Shown here: positions 37,751 to 49,761 of the stretch, piece after piece
Layout: every line of letters starts with the position of its first letter
Numbering within the stretch: the first letter of the stretch is position 1
DNA from: Neoechinorhynchus agilis
Lineage: Eukaryota; Animalia; Acanthocephala
Direction: 5' to 3'
DNA length: 64,000 nt
NCBI GenBank assembly: GCA_051530055.1
Contig: CM121342.1
Coordinates: 6,323,489-6,387,488 of the forward strand
Position numbers and translations under genes: made by a program
The notes under the pieces: model-generated
The model's database searches: none
What the model saw: only the letters and a program-made list of their open reading frames with translations
Told to the model about the DNA's origin: nothing

Positions 37751-39039
37751 TTTAGGTGAAAATAATCGAACGCAAAATAGGTTTCAAGGCGCGATAAAAC
37801 TAATATTTCTCTACATCTTTATTTTTGTGCTAATGAAATTAAAAAAATTTCAGTTATGATTATAGTTTATTTTATTAACAAAGAGTCATTTCATTGTCCA
37901 TAAAAGTACCAATGGTGAAATAGAAGGTCGATCTTATGATCTTAGGAAGTAAATGCGATGGTAATGAATGAAAGACGTACAGATTTCCTTGGCATTTATT
38001 TTTAGAATTGTGCTCTTTAGACAAAATGAATTAAAAACCTTAAAAGAACCCAATTAAAGTCATCAATAATTATCACAAGTTTAAAGGCGTGTAGATTTGT
38101 GACAATCTAATGAAACTTCTTACCTTTTTCTTTAATGAATCAAACCTTAGTTTTATTTTTAAATGAACAATTGTGATGCAGTCGTGATCTTAGTGGTCAA
38201 ACATTAATCAGAAAAAATTGTTGATTGAAAGTACATTTGTTTCCAATGAAATTTAGGGCTTTTATCCGAATAAAATCAGTTTTGAGGTTGCGAACGAGTA
38301 CGACACTTGCAGTTGCGATTCGTTTTAGGTCAACGAATGCATTGAAGCAAATGACTTGATTATTTTGTACCTGAAGACGAGGTTGTTACATTCTTAGCAA
38401 TGGGAAACGTAATTAAAAATTGCGATCCTCCAGAAAAGCAAACAACAACGAGACAATGCTGATTGCGTGATAGCGACAGCCGAGGAAGGAGCTGAAAAAA
38501 GGTTTTTATTTACAAAAAAAATATTCAGTACTCACCGTTCAAAAGGTTCTTCTTAACGGATCAGTCCAAATAAGAGTTCTAGTTTGATTATTTCATTAAA
38601 AACTCTCCATTGTCGTCTCAAGCAAATGTCGCAAAACATTGAAGAAGTGCCATAGTTATAAAAACTCAAATGAACGCAAAATTGCCGATAAAAACGTTAA
38701 TTACAGATTAATTTGTAAAATAAAACTTCGTCGGAAGGCGACAAGGTAAAATCGGAAAACCAATTCAAAGATCCATCTTTGTTACGGTTCCAACTTTGCC
38801 AAAAAGTTTAATAAAAACACGTTTTATTTGTTTATCGCTCAAAGCCGAGGACTCATGTATCTTTGGGTCCTCACAAAAAAAATTCGAATTCTCCAAGGAT
38901 AAATGAATGTGGCTATTGATTTTGGACTGGATTACGGGTCCGGTCGAAGTTAATGGTTATTGTTTGTAGGAGAATCCTCGGGTTCATTTCGGGTCTCAAT
39001 ATCCGAGAAAATTGTTACAAAAAATTTCGGGGACAGGAT

Positions 39040-39370
39040 TGAGAGACGTTTTGATTGTTTCTTCAAAATCTTTAAACTTAAATCGAAATTTTAGAGGTTT
39101 TTCTCCGTGAAACTTTTCAAGGCGACGGATTTGTGATTTGGATACGTTGCAGGCGATGGCGGGTAAAATAAAGCAGTAGTAAAATTTGTAGAGATCAGGC
39201 GAAGGGACTCCAAAATGGTGGAGGCGTTTCCGGATTTAAATTGTGCTTGAGGGAAAATGCATTGGTGATTTTGTTTAAATTGAATACCCGGAGTTCCGAG
39301 GGAGGTAATGGACTTCTTTTAAGAAGGCAGAGAAGTGAGTTCGTGGCCCTGAGGAACAATTTTGACCAAA
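39040..39370 (-). mobile_element. Degenerate CR1/L2-like LINE RT C-terminal fragment
   Basis: RATNSLLCLLKRSPLPPSEL and CNVSKSQIRRLEKFH, similar to CNLSKSKICRLEILH at ~54610. Confidence 0.55.
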
Positions 39371-39413
39371 AAAACCATAAAGCACCCAAAAATAATGATT
39401 TCAGGAAATAGTT

Positions 39414-42130
39414 TTAGTGTAAAACTTGTAGGATTATCTTGCTTACGTAACCTCCTAAGCGATTTGCGTCAAAGAATCCAGCATCATCTCCGTCGGACTT
39501 GAACGAAACAATGCGCTTTTGAGATGTATAGAAAGTTTCAGCCCAAAAGGAAACTTGATGCAATGTAGCTCCTCGCTCGAGAGTTAACATCGTCTTTAAA
39601 CCGTCGACCTGCATTCAGAAAAAATATCGAATAAAGAAATCGGCAACAAAACCCAAATGATCGTCCATTAGCACAATTGCATGACACAAATCTCATTTTA
39701 TTTACTTCGTACCAACGTTTCTTGCAAGTCGAATTCGTAAGGAACCTAAGCCTTTCGATTGATTTGCACCTTAGTGACGTAATTGGACCAAAACATTATT
39801 ATATGATTCTTTCGTGCGAAATAACTATAATTCATCATTGAGAGAGAAAATCCTTCGGGATAATTGAGATGGAGATGTGTGGTGATCATAATTTCTCATT
39901 CAGGATAGAAAATTTCTTCATCGAATCTAAATATTCCATGTGAGATATTTTCTATCCTGGGGATTGTGATCACCACACATCTCCAAATCGAATCATCTCG
40001 AAGGATTTTCTCTCTCGATGATTTCTTAAATTAATTATCGAAAGAAAATCCATCGGAATGATTGATTCAGAGATGTGTTATGATTATAATCCCGCCCGGA
40101 TAAAAAATATTTTATTGAGATATTTTTTATCCTGGGGATTGTGATCACCACACATCTCCAAATCGAATCATCTCGAAGGATTTTCTCTCTCGATGATTTC
40201 TTAAATTAATTATCGAAAGAAAATCCATCGGAATGATTGATTTAGAGATGTGTTATGATTATAATCCCGCCTGGATAAAAAATATTTTATTGAGATATTT
40301 TTTATCCTGGGGATTGTGATCACCACACATCTCCAAATCGAATCATCTCGAAGGATTTTCTCTCTCGATGATTTCTTAAATTAATTATCGAAAGAAAATC
40401 CATCGGAATGATTGATTTAGAGATGTGTTATGATTATAATCCCGCCTGGATAAAAAATATTTTATTGAGATATTTTTTATCCTGGGGATTGTGATCACCA
40501 CACATCTCCAAATCGAATCATCTCGAAGGATTTTCCTCGATGATTTCTTAAATTAATTATCGAAAGAAAATCCATCGGAATGATTGATTCAGAGATGTGT
40601 TATGATTATAATCCCGCCCGGATAAAAAATATTTTATTGAGATATTTTTTATCCTGGGGATTGTGATCACCACACATCTCCAAATCTAATCATCTCGAAG
40701 GATTTTCTCTCTCGATGATTTCTTAAATAAATTATCGAAAGAAAATCCATCGGAATGATTGATTTAGAGATGTGTTATGATTATAATCCCGCCTGGATAA
40801 AAAATATTTTATTGAGATATTTTTTATCCTGGGGATTGTGATCACCGTACATCACGCACTGTATCATCTCGAAGGATTTTCTCTCGACTATTTCTTAAAT
40901 TAATAAAAAAATCCTTCGGATAATAGAATTGGAGATGTGTTGTGATCATAATCCCGCCCGGATAAAAAATATCTCAATAAAATATTTTCTATCCGGGGGG
41001 AAATTATGATCACTGCACATCTGGAGCATCAATCTTAATCATCTAGAGGAAATCCTTCGGGTATTAAAGTTGGAAATGTGTTATGATTATAATCCCGCCC
41101 GGGTAGGAAATATTTCATGGGAAACTGGTGAGGCTTCCTCACAGAATATCTCGATTCAATAAAGTAATTTTTCTGAGGGATAGTCCAGCATCTATCTAAA
41201 TGTTAGAGAGAAAATCCTTCGGGATAATAGAATTGGAGATATGTTGTGATCATAATCCGCCCCGGATAAAAAATATTTCAATACTCGAGCATTAATCTGA
41301 ATATTTGAGAGAAAATCACTCTGGATGATAGAGTTGGAGATGTGTGGTGATCATAATCCCCCGCCGGATAGAAAATATTTTCAATCCAGGGATTGTGGTC
41401 ACCATACATCTCCAATTCTATTATCCCGAAGGATTTTCTCTCGAAATCCCCCGCCGGATAGAAAATATTTTCAATTCGGGGATTATGGTCACCATACATC
41501 TCCAATTCTATTATCTCGAAGGATTTTCTCTCGATGATTTCTTAAATTAATTATCAAAAGCAAATTCCTTTTGGAGTGATTGATTTGGAGATATGCGGTG
41601 ATCATAATCCCTCAGGATAAAAATATTTCAATAAAATATTTTCTACCCTGGGGATTCTGATCACCACACATCTCCAAATCTAATCATCTCGAAGGATTTT
41701 CTCTCGATGATTTCTTAAAGTAATAAAAAAATCCTTCGGGATAATAGGTTTGGAAACGTGTTATGATCATAATTCCCGCCGGGTAGGAAATATTTCAATA
41801 AAATATTTACCCTGGGGATTGTTATCACCACACATCTCGAGCATTAATCTAAATATTCGAGAGAAAATCCTTCAGGATAATAGAGTTGGAAATATGTTAT
41901 GATTATAATCTTAAGGATAAAAATTTCCGCCCCGGAAAAAATATTTTATTGAAATGTGTTTTACCCGGGATTATGATCATTTAATTACGGTTTATTTGGT
42001 CAAAATGCGATAGTCCTTACCGCAAAAGTTTACAACAGTTCCGGTTTTTTTGACAATCAAATTGGTACATCTACCGATAACGTTTTTGCTTCTCTTCGCA
42101 TCGTCAAAGCGTTTGAATTGAAAATCATTT
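39414..42130 (-). CDS. Possible multi-exon gene of unknown function divergent from SHQ1
   Basis: Open frames with splice-like ends at ~42120-42015, ~39770-39715 and 39614-39414; no family recognised. Confidence 0.3.
39840..41980. repeat. Palindromic satellite: ~175-bp period built from alternating forward/reverse ~85-bp arms
   Basis: AAAGAAAATCCATCGG occurs at 40041, 40216, 40391, 40563 and 40738. GGAGATGTGTGGTGATCA and its reverse complement TGATCACCACACATCTCC alternate. Confidence 0.92.
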
Positions 42131-42529
42131 ACTAAAATATTTCGGTCGGGCGTTATTTGTCTTAATAAAATAAATTGTTTATGCCACTCGTTTTAAATGT
42201 ATTTGGAATCATTACATATTTGCTAATAAAATTATTTTTATCGATAGGGAATCCTTCGGGTTAATCAAAGTAAACTAGTGAAACAATGACTGATCAGGCG
42301 AGATTACCTCGCGAAATAAATCAAATATGCTATTACCGGGATTATGTTCACCAAAAGTATAATAATTATTTTCGTTCTAATTCTTTAAATCAAAAGAATT
42401 ATAAGGATATTTTCTTGCCATTTTCGCGTTTTTGTTTTGCGTCCTTTCAGGACAATGGTCAATATGAACGAGCTCACGAACGAAGGTACCTCAAATTTTA
42501 AATTTCCCTTTTCTCTATCTTTTTGAAAG

Positions 42530-44190
42530 ATGCGATTTGACGGATTTTCATACGACCAAACGGATGACTCACTAATGCTCGTTTTACGATTCCCAAGCAA
42601 AATGAAAAAGTTATCAGCGGACATTTTGGACAAAGTTGAAATTGATTTTTCGGAATCTGACCTCCTTGTCGCAATCGATAAATATTTCGGGAGGTTTAAA
42701 ATGAAAACTTCGAAAACGATTGAGCACCATCATCCTTCTCATTTCCTTTCTTACGACTTTTTAAATGAAGAACCACAATATAAGCTCACAAGTAGAAATG
42801 AGATTCAAATATTTTTCAGTAAAGTTATTAAAGGCGTTAATCTTGACATTATCGAACATTTAACTATTGATGATGATGAAATAATTGAAGAAAATGTTTT
42901 AAACGGAGGATATACTTACGGTTTTATGAATAGTTATTCTGGATACTTTAAGTGCACAGAATCAATAAATATTATAAATCCTGATATGAAATCACCATTT
43001 GCGAGGAGATGGAAACGAATGATGGACGAAACGTTCGATGAAGATCATTACTTCGCTGATTTATTAGAGAATGGAAATGAAGGAGTAGGATGGAATGTTG
43101 AGGTCGATTTTGTTGATACGGAGTCAATCGACGACATTAAAGATAAGAGTAATAATGGAGTGCTACCAAAAGTGGATTGGAAGACTGAATCGCATTATCT
43201 CGTCCTTTTCGATATTTTATTCGCTTAAAGCAAAAGTGCATGTACGATTTATGGATTTTTCAACTTGTTATTTTAGCCAGTATAGAATTTTGGCGTAAAT
43301 CGCGCTATAAATATTTTCCATTTGACGAATTTATTATTTATTTATTACCAAGGCCTCATACACTCTTGTTAGTTTGTGACATTTTCTTTTTGGTCTCACG
43401 GCCATATTCCTTTGCATCCTTTCGACTGACTTATCCTAATCCCTCTCCACGCAAGTGTCCCGAGGGTTTTTTATTATTAAAGAGTCGACCCTAAAACCCG
43501 GGATTCCGGCGTAGGGATGGATTCAGGACGGAACTTTCACACATCGGAGGCGCTTAGCCGCACTCGAAGAAACAGGGCCAACCCCCTTTGGGGCCGATGG
43601 GTGATCTCAAACCTGACCCCCACCCCTTTCAGCAGCCTCGCACACTCGTGGAACCCAGCGAGCGGTGGCGAAATTATTGAACTATGCTAATGCAGTAAAT
43701 CGTGAGTGCACTTTCGTACAAATATAGTCAATCAATCGACACGGGGCCCGAAATTGCAAACACAATCTCTCACCTCTCTTTGGTTTTGAGTTACTTCGAT
43801 CAGGATTGGAACGACGTTCGCGAATTGGTTCAATCCATCATAAGAAGATCATTATGTGTTTCGATCGTTAGGAATTGGAATTTCAGTCAAAAAGTACTTA
43901 AATGCACTGTTCGTTTTTTATGGGAAGCCGACAAAAATTCGCTCAATGAAGCCCTACACGATCTGAGGGCAATATTTTCCTCCGCCGACAAAGATGTGCT
44001 TTCTGCTCTTAATGATCTTTTTATCGACGATTATCTTAAGTGGATTGAGGAAAATCAACTTGATTTTGGCATTTTAAAGTCCCTAGCAGTCGATGTTGCC
44101 AATTTGGATATAAAGAAATCAGATTTTGAAGATCTCAATCTAATTGAGATGGACTGTCTTGCCGCATTTGAAAAGATGAAAGTTGTGTAG
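42530..44190 (+). CDS. SHQ1: H/ACA RNP assembly factor SHQ1, split by a 491-bp insert
   Basis: YGFMNSYSG..NPD..RRWKR..FDEDHYFADLLE, DILFA|YKY and LNDLFIDDYLKWIE match recalled SHQ1 motifs. Joining 42530-43227 to 43719-44190 gives 390 codons. Confidence 0.88.
43228..43718. other. TA-bounded, inverted-repeat-flanked non-GT-AG insert in the SHQ1 coding sequence
   Basis: TA at 43226-27 and 43717-18; arms 43231-43251 and 43696-43716 are 17/21 complementary plus 2 G-U pairs. Confidence 0.75.
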
Positions 44191-44559
44191 CCTATTGTAA
44201 TGGGAGGTTATCTTTTTTATAAGCACGTTCACTTTTACAATGAAGTGAGCAGTAGCACTCTAATATCTTTGTATAAAAGAACAAATACCGAGCGCATCAT
44301 AGTGAACGAGGTCAGTGGAAATCCTCAGTATCATGTATTTGTGTCTTAAATAAAAAATAACGATATGAAAAAGGATAGGAATATCGAATTCTTGGTATTA
44401 TTTTGTACTTATGAGGCCATTTTTGCAAAGTTTACATATAAAGAAAAAGGCTCAACTTTATTTAATCTAAACTTAGTGTCAAACAGGCGATTTCATCCCG
44501 GAATCAAGTGTATGTTAGAATATACCAGCAATTCCAATATTTATAACGGGCAATGGGAT

Positions 44560-44700
44560 CGAAGCATTCATAAGCGGTCGGTCGAACAACTTTGTATTTT
44601 CGATCCCCTCGCTCGTACCACCCTCTACCAAAAATCTTTCTTCCCCCAAGCCCAATCTTTCCTTAATAACCGGAGAACAAAGAAAGACTCCTAATCGGTC
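44560..44700 (+). mobile_element. 3' remnant of a CR1/L2-like LINE
   Basis: PLARTTLYQKSFFPQAQS resembles the LINE RT terminal motif RTxxYxxSFFP. Confidence 0.5.
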
Positions 44701-45089
44701 ATTTCCTGTACAAAGCCTCCGATCGCACATTAACACCTCTTCAAAAACAAGTCCCGCATCCCTTGCCTCAACATCCGGCATCCACAAACCTTCAGCACAG
44801 ATAGATGCTGGCAAGTGTATGGATCGTTCTTCTTAATCAATAAAACGTGTTTATATAGACAAGATAATCAGAAGCATTACACCGAATTGATAAAAATGTG
44901 ATCGTGTTAATCGCCCTAATTGCAAGTTATAATAATTTTCCACAATCATCCACTCTGATTCCAATAGAACAAGAAAAATGCCGCCACTGCACTATTCGAG
45001 ATGCATATTCACGTGATAAAGAGCTGCCAATACGTTACAGGAATGATGCCGTTAAAAACGCTTCATATGAGCTCTAAAAAAGAGGTGGG

Positions 45090-45990
45090 GTTCTCGATTT
45101 GAAATTCCGACCGAGAATCGCAAGTCGACAGAGACGAAAAAGAGACGAATGAAATTATGAGTACAAAGAAGTACAGAGTAAGATCAGAAGTGGTAACAAG
45201 AATGCTCGGTCGGCTAAAGTGGCGATAAAGTTCCTAACAAAGAAGAGAAAACTCTTCCCCAGACTTCGTATAGTTTTGAGCCACTTTACTATCTCACTTT
45301 AGCCGACCGAGCATTCTTGTTACTGTGGTAAGTACGCTATTGATTGGGCTAGCGTAAATGGGCATAAAATAGTGTGTGTTGTACACATAAACAGTTTTGT
45401 TGAAATAGAGGTCCGCTGTTTGGTTCATCCACCATGTCAACAGTTGCCACTTCTGATCTTACTCTGTACTTCTTTGTACTCATAATTTCATTCGTCTCTT
45501 TTTCGTCTCTGTCGACTTGCGATTCTCGGTCGGAATTTCAAATCGAGAACAACTTTTCACGTCTTTATGAGCAAAGAAAAGACGTGCTCGATAAATCATC
45601 AGCGATGTTTGATTAAAAACAAACACAAAACTATGGAAATAATCCTAAAAGAAGAAACTAATAACGAAAATCCTAAACTGTGTAAAAAACGAGACTTTTA
45701 CCAATGAAAGTAGACGATGCGTGATTGATAATCGATCAAATCAGCGACTAGGCTACATCCGTAACATAAATGGGTGACTATTCTGAATGTTCAGGCTCGG
45801 ACGGCTAAAGTGGCACCTACTCAATTGAGCTAGTAAAGTGGCTCAAAATTAAACTTATAAATCAAAACCGCAGAGAAAAGACTGAAAACTTTTCACGTCT
45901 TTATGAGCAGACCGACGTTTGATTAAAAACAAACACAAAACTATGGAAATAATCTTAAAAGAAGGTGACTATTCTGAATGTTCAGTTTGA
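45090..45990. repeat. Nested inverted repeats and shuffled direct repeats
   Basis: Near-perfect ~105-bp arms at 45090-45196 and 45444-45550; inner ~29-bp arms at 45193-45221 and 45296-45323; modules re-used between 45550 and 45990. Confidence 0.9.
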
Positions 45991-46455
45991 GATGTGCAAG
46001 CGTTAATTTACGATTGCATTCTAATCTCCAATGAAGGTATTTGTGTTCTATTTTAAAAGAATCAGTGCCCTTCACTTGTAACTTGGATTAGCCGTTAATA
46101 AGGACGAAAACGATCGCGTCCCGATGTGGTCGGATTAACCCTGGAATCTCCAATGTGTGTATATAGTATTTATTATGAATATTGAAAGCTAATAATATTT
46201 TTTAAGAATATAATAAAAATTGTTGATCTGATCCTGAAAAATCAATTGTTAAAATTTTCCTAAAATAGATGGTCAGTCTTATGGATATTGCAATTCTTCA
46301 AAAACTACTTCCAATCAACAACGGTGCTCAACCGCGGCTTAAAAAGTTCTACATTTTAGTCACATCTACCGCCGAAAACTAACATAGAAGCGTGGATGAA
46401 TCATTTTCGCTATAAAAGTACGCCTTTAAAAAGGATTTCGTAATTCTAAAAAAAG

Positions 46456-48872
46456 ATGATGGATCGATACATGCTTCGGTTAGTTTCATTTAGAAAAGCG
46501 TATTTAAGTCGACTTTTATTGATTGCAAAAGGAAATCAAAAGATGACAAGGACGATTTAAATCCCATTCCGAAACACAATGCATGCCGAAATTGTGGCCA
46601 AATTTGCCAAGCTCCTCAATTTGGGACGTGTCCACATGCATTTGTCATGGACGAAGCCTCATCAACAGACAATCATTTCGATCGGATAATCACTAGTGTA
46701 AGTAGCAAAAATCAATACTTGTGTACTAACTTTCCGGCTGGATAGCGTATTCCTGTAAAGGGAGATCGAATTAGATGGACTACACGATGGAAATCATACA
46801 AACCGAATCCTCTGCCATTTGAATCTGCTTCAATCGACAACGTAAATCTTATCATAGAATATTATTATTTTACCATATTTTAAAAAGTTCGAAACCCTGA
46901 ACAATTCCGCATGGAACGATTGGGACGGTGATGTTGATAGAAGATCGAGATGTTCTCATTATGCTATTGATCAAACTTCCAAAGCACCCATAAATCCATG
47001 TGGTCGTACAGGAGCCACTGGCATCGGAAGTCTGAAACGATGGGGTCCCAACCATTCGGTAATAATTGTTCCGGTAAAATCGTGAGTCTTCTTAGTCTTT
47101 CGCCTATCAATCATGAGATTTTTAGGAAGCCAATCATGGCATCTAATAATAAGCGAAGCACATTCGAATTATTTATTAGAGGAAGTGATATGCACACGAA
47201 TCGGTCTTTGATTCAGGTAGTTGCTGCTTCCATTGTTTTTCCAGTCCTCTAATTTAAATGTACAAATTATTATTAAAAAAATCCAAATTGCAATTGCTAG
47301 CAATTAAAAGCACAAAACGTGTAATCATCACCGTCCGCAAAATTGGAGCTTCTCTCCTTCCTCGGGCTTCGTTGTACTGCGAGCGAGATATTTTGTCGAA
47401 GGAATACACCTGCTCGTTCGTCGCCGGTCGTTTCTCTCAATTTCTTCGAGAGATCCTGGAGCAGAGTGCCGAGCTGCCAAGCGCTCCATACGTCTCTTCT
47501 CCGAAGGGGAAAAAATATGAGACGATTTATGTGCAAATAAACACAAACAAAAGTTCAATGCAAACATTTATTTTCTTTTGATTGTTATACCACCTCTCGG
47601 ATTTTAATTGACCAATTTATTACCGACAATTTTTTTAAAATAAACATCGCCTTCAGAATCTCGGAGCAGAAGTCATTCACACCACCGCCTTTCTGGGTCT
47701 CTCTAGGCGTCGTCCTGGTGCAATGGTCAAAAGGACGGATGCAGCGTTCCCTCCCCGGTCGCAGGGGCAGACTTGTGTTTTCTGGGACGAATGCTCCTGA
47801 TCTCGGATCGCCAGTGATTCGTCTCAATCTCTTAGACAATTGATTGGCCAGGTCCTGCACCTCGGTACCAAACGACTTGAGTGTCTGGACGTCAAAGGGA
47901 ACGAAATTTCGCGTCGGATAACTGCGACATTTCCCCAACGTTTAATAATTTTTGAATGTTTTATGCGCACCAATGACAAACCTTGTGGAAATGCCGGAAT
48001 TCTTTTCCCGAGTCGAATTAAAATAATCTATGACACTGTAAAAGAAATTTAGTTCGAAAACAGAGAAACGGTTCTTAAAATATCGATGAATTCACCGTAA
48101 CGATTATTGGAACTATTGATTACAATGATCTGATCGTGTCTAAACGATGAAGTGATCAATTTTGAATGACAAACCTTGGGAAAATGTCAAGATTATCCTA
48201 CATGAAATATTGGAAATCAGTCAATTTAAATACGAGCGATTGTATAACTACCAAAGGAAAGTATTCCCCTTAATCCAAGACAGCAAACATTTTTGGTTGA
48301 GTCGTACCTAAACCAAAGATTCCGAATTTGAAATATTAACCCGGAGGAAAACTCTAAATAACGAATACTTTTTAAATTTTACAAAAATATTTGAGCTATT
48401 TTTTGCCCAGATTTACAGAGAAGTAGGCGATCGAACTGTTGACGCAGTATCAAAATGGATCACAACTTACCTCGGAGAAAGCTATTCTCATTTATCTGAC
48501 GAATTAGGAGTACTCGTGAGATTCTCCTTCAAGCGACATTCAAGCCACTTCTCTTTATGAAGGTATACAGTGGATATTTGGACGATCAGCGAAACACTGA
48601 CAATGCGTGGATCGAATGCATGGCTTTTATGTACAAAGACGGACCTTTCGCTGCCGTCTGTTCAGGTAAGTCAAAGTGCTTCATCGTATTCTATAATTTT
48701 GTATTTGATAGAAAAATTTGTATCGGATCATTGTTGGATCGATGCCAATGACTTTTTACACTCATTTGTAAAAACGAGCCACTCTCATTGGCAATCAAGT
48801 GACCAATGCATGATTGTTGAAATGATCGGCGAGCTGCTATCCGGCATGTTAAGTTCCCGTCATTTCTACTAA
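46456..48872 (+). CDS. NUDT9-like: NUDT9-like (ADP-ribose pyrophosphatase / TRPM2 NUDT9-H-like) protein with degenerate Nudix box
   Basis: PINPCGRTGATGIGSLKRWGPNH and VYSGYLDDQRNTDNAWIE match NUDT9 motifs; GT-AG introns. Confidence 0.85.
47290..47935 (-). mobile_element. Two CRE-like (RLE endonuclease) 3' fragments in the NUDT9-like intron
   Basis: LSKKLRETTGDERAGVFLRQNISLAVQR and FVPFDVQT..LSKRLRRITGDPRSG. Confidence 0.65.
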
Positions 48873-48938
48873 AAAAATAAGGCAATAACGTATTTTTTTA
48901 AGTCAGAATGGTCGTAAAATCATCGCCGTTGCGCTTTA

Positions 48939-49761
48939 ATGTCGGATTATAAAAATTCGTTCAATTTCGGTCCCAAAATCATCAACCAAAAATCTTGGTA
49001 CGGATTAAAACAACCAATTGAGCTTCTACCTCATGGTAAGCTATTGCAAAACTCGTTCTCTCGTCAACGTCTTATCTCTCAACAAATCAGTGAACGAGAA
49101 TCGACCAAGTATTCCACTCTTATTGATGTTGCGCCAACGAAGTGCTTTGAACGAGCTACTGAAACTCTAAAAGGTTCATAAATTGAAGCGATAAGAACAG
49201 TTAAGGATATATTAGCGACGGCTATTCAATGCGAAAAAGAAGCTCTAAAAAGTGAACGCAGAAAGTTCGTCTATTCAAAAAAAGAGACAATCCCACAAAT
49301 GATTGAACCTGACTACGGTTGTTTGGGAAATAATCGACGATTACGGACTTGTTTATGGTGGGAAAATTGAAAGGAAATTTATTAAATCCGATTGATTTCG
49401 GAGGCACAACTTTGATCGCATTTATCAAGGTCTAAAATTCACTACTAAAAGGTTACAGAAATCGGCTAGTGAAGCTTCCACGAAGGAGAATACGGTTATG
49501 ATAGATTCCATCACTATGCTAAACTCAAGCGAAGATTTGGTGGAAACGAATGGGTTTCTAAAGACTGCGAATATTTCGACAATTACTAGGTACCACCCTC
49601 AGGAGGCTGTTCAGTCCGTAGTACTTGATGATTCGAAAATTACTGTGGTGGAGTATGAAAGTGTGACTGGGATAAAAGGCAACGGTAGGAAAAAAGAAAG
49701 CGATCCAGTTGAATTACTAAGAAAACTACGGTCGAACAAAAGGTCGACGAAAAACATCTGA
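48939..49761 (+). CDS. Three-exon ~230-aa protein of unknown function
   Basis: ORFs 48939 and 49498 can be joined in frame through short GT-AG introns via a middle region (ATAIQCEKE..PDY|GNLLNPIDFGG). Confidence 0.55.

Noticed and set aside
38370-38415. CTGAAGA..GAAACGTA hammerhead-like string
   Set aside because: No G-C pair closing stem II and no stem I.
39414-39614. CUB-domain assignment from FYTSQKRIVSFKSDG
   Set aside because: Only a short motif resembles CUB; the flanking frames lack the expected Cys pattern.
43430-43500. CCTAATCCCT and CCCTAAAACCC as telomerase RNA templates
   Set aside because: Neither matches a 1.5-repeat template for common animal telomere repeats, and no pseudoknot or H/ACA domain could be verified.
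44206-45075. Small gene directly downstream of SHQ1
   Set aside because: Short open frames run into a LINE remnant and could not be assembled into a supported model.
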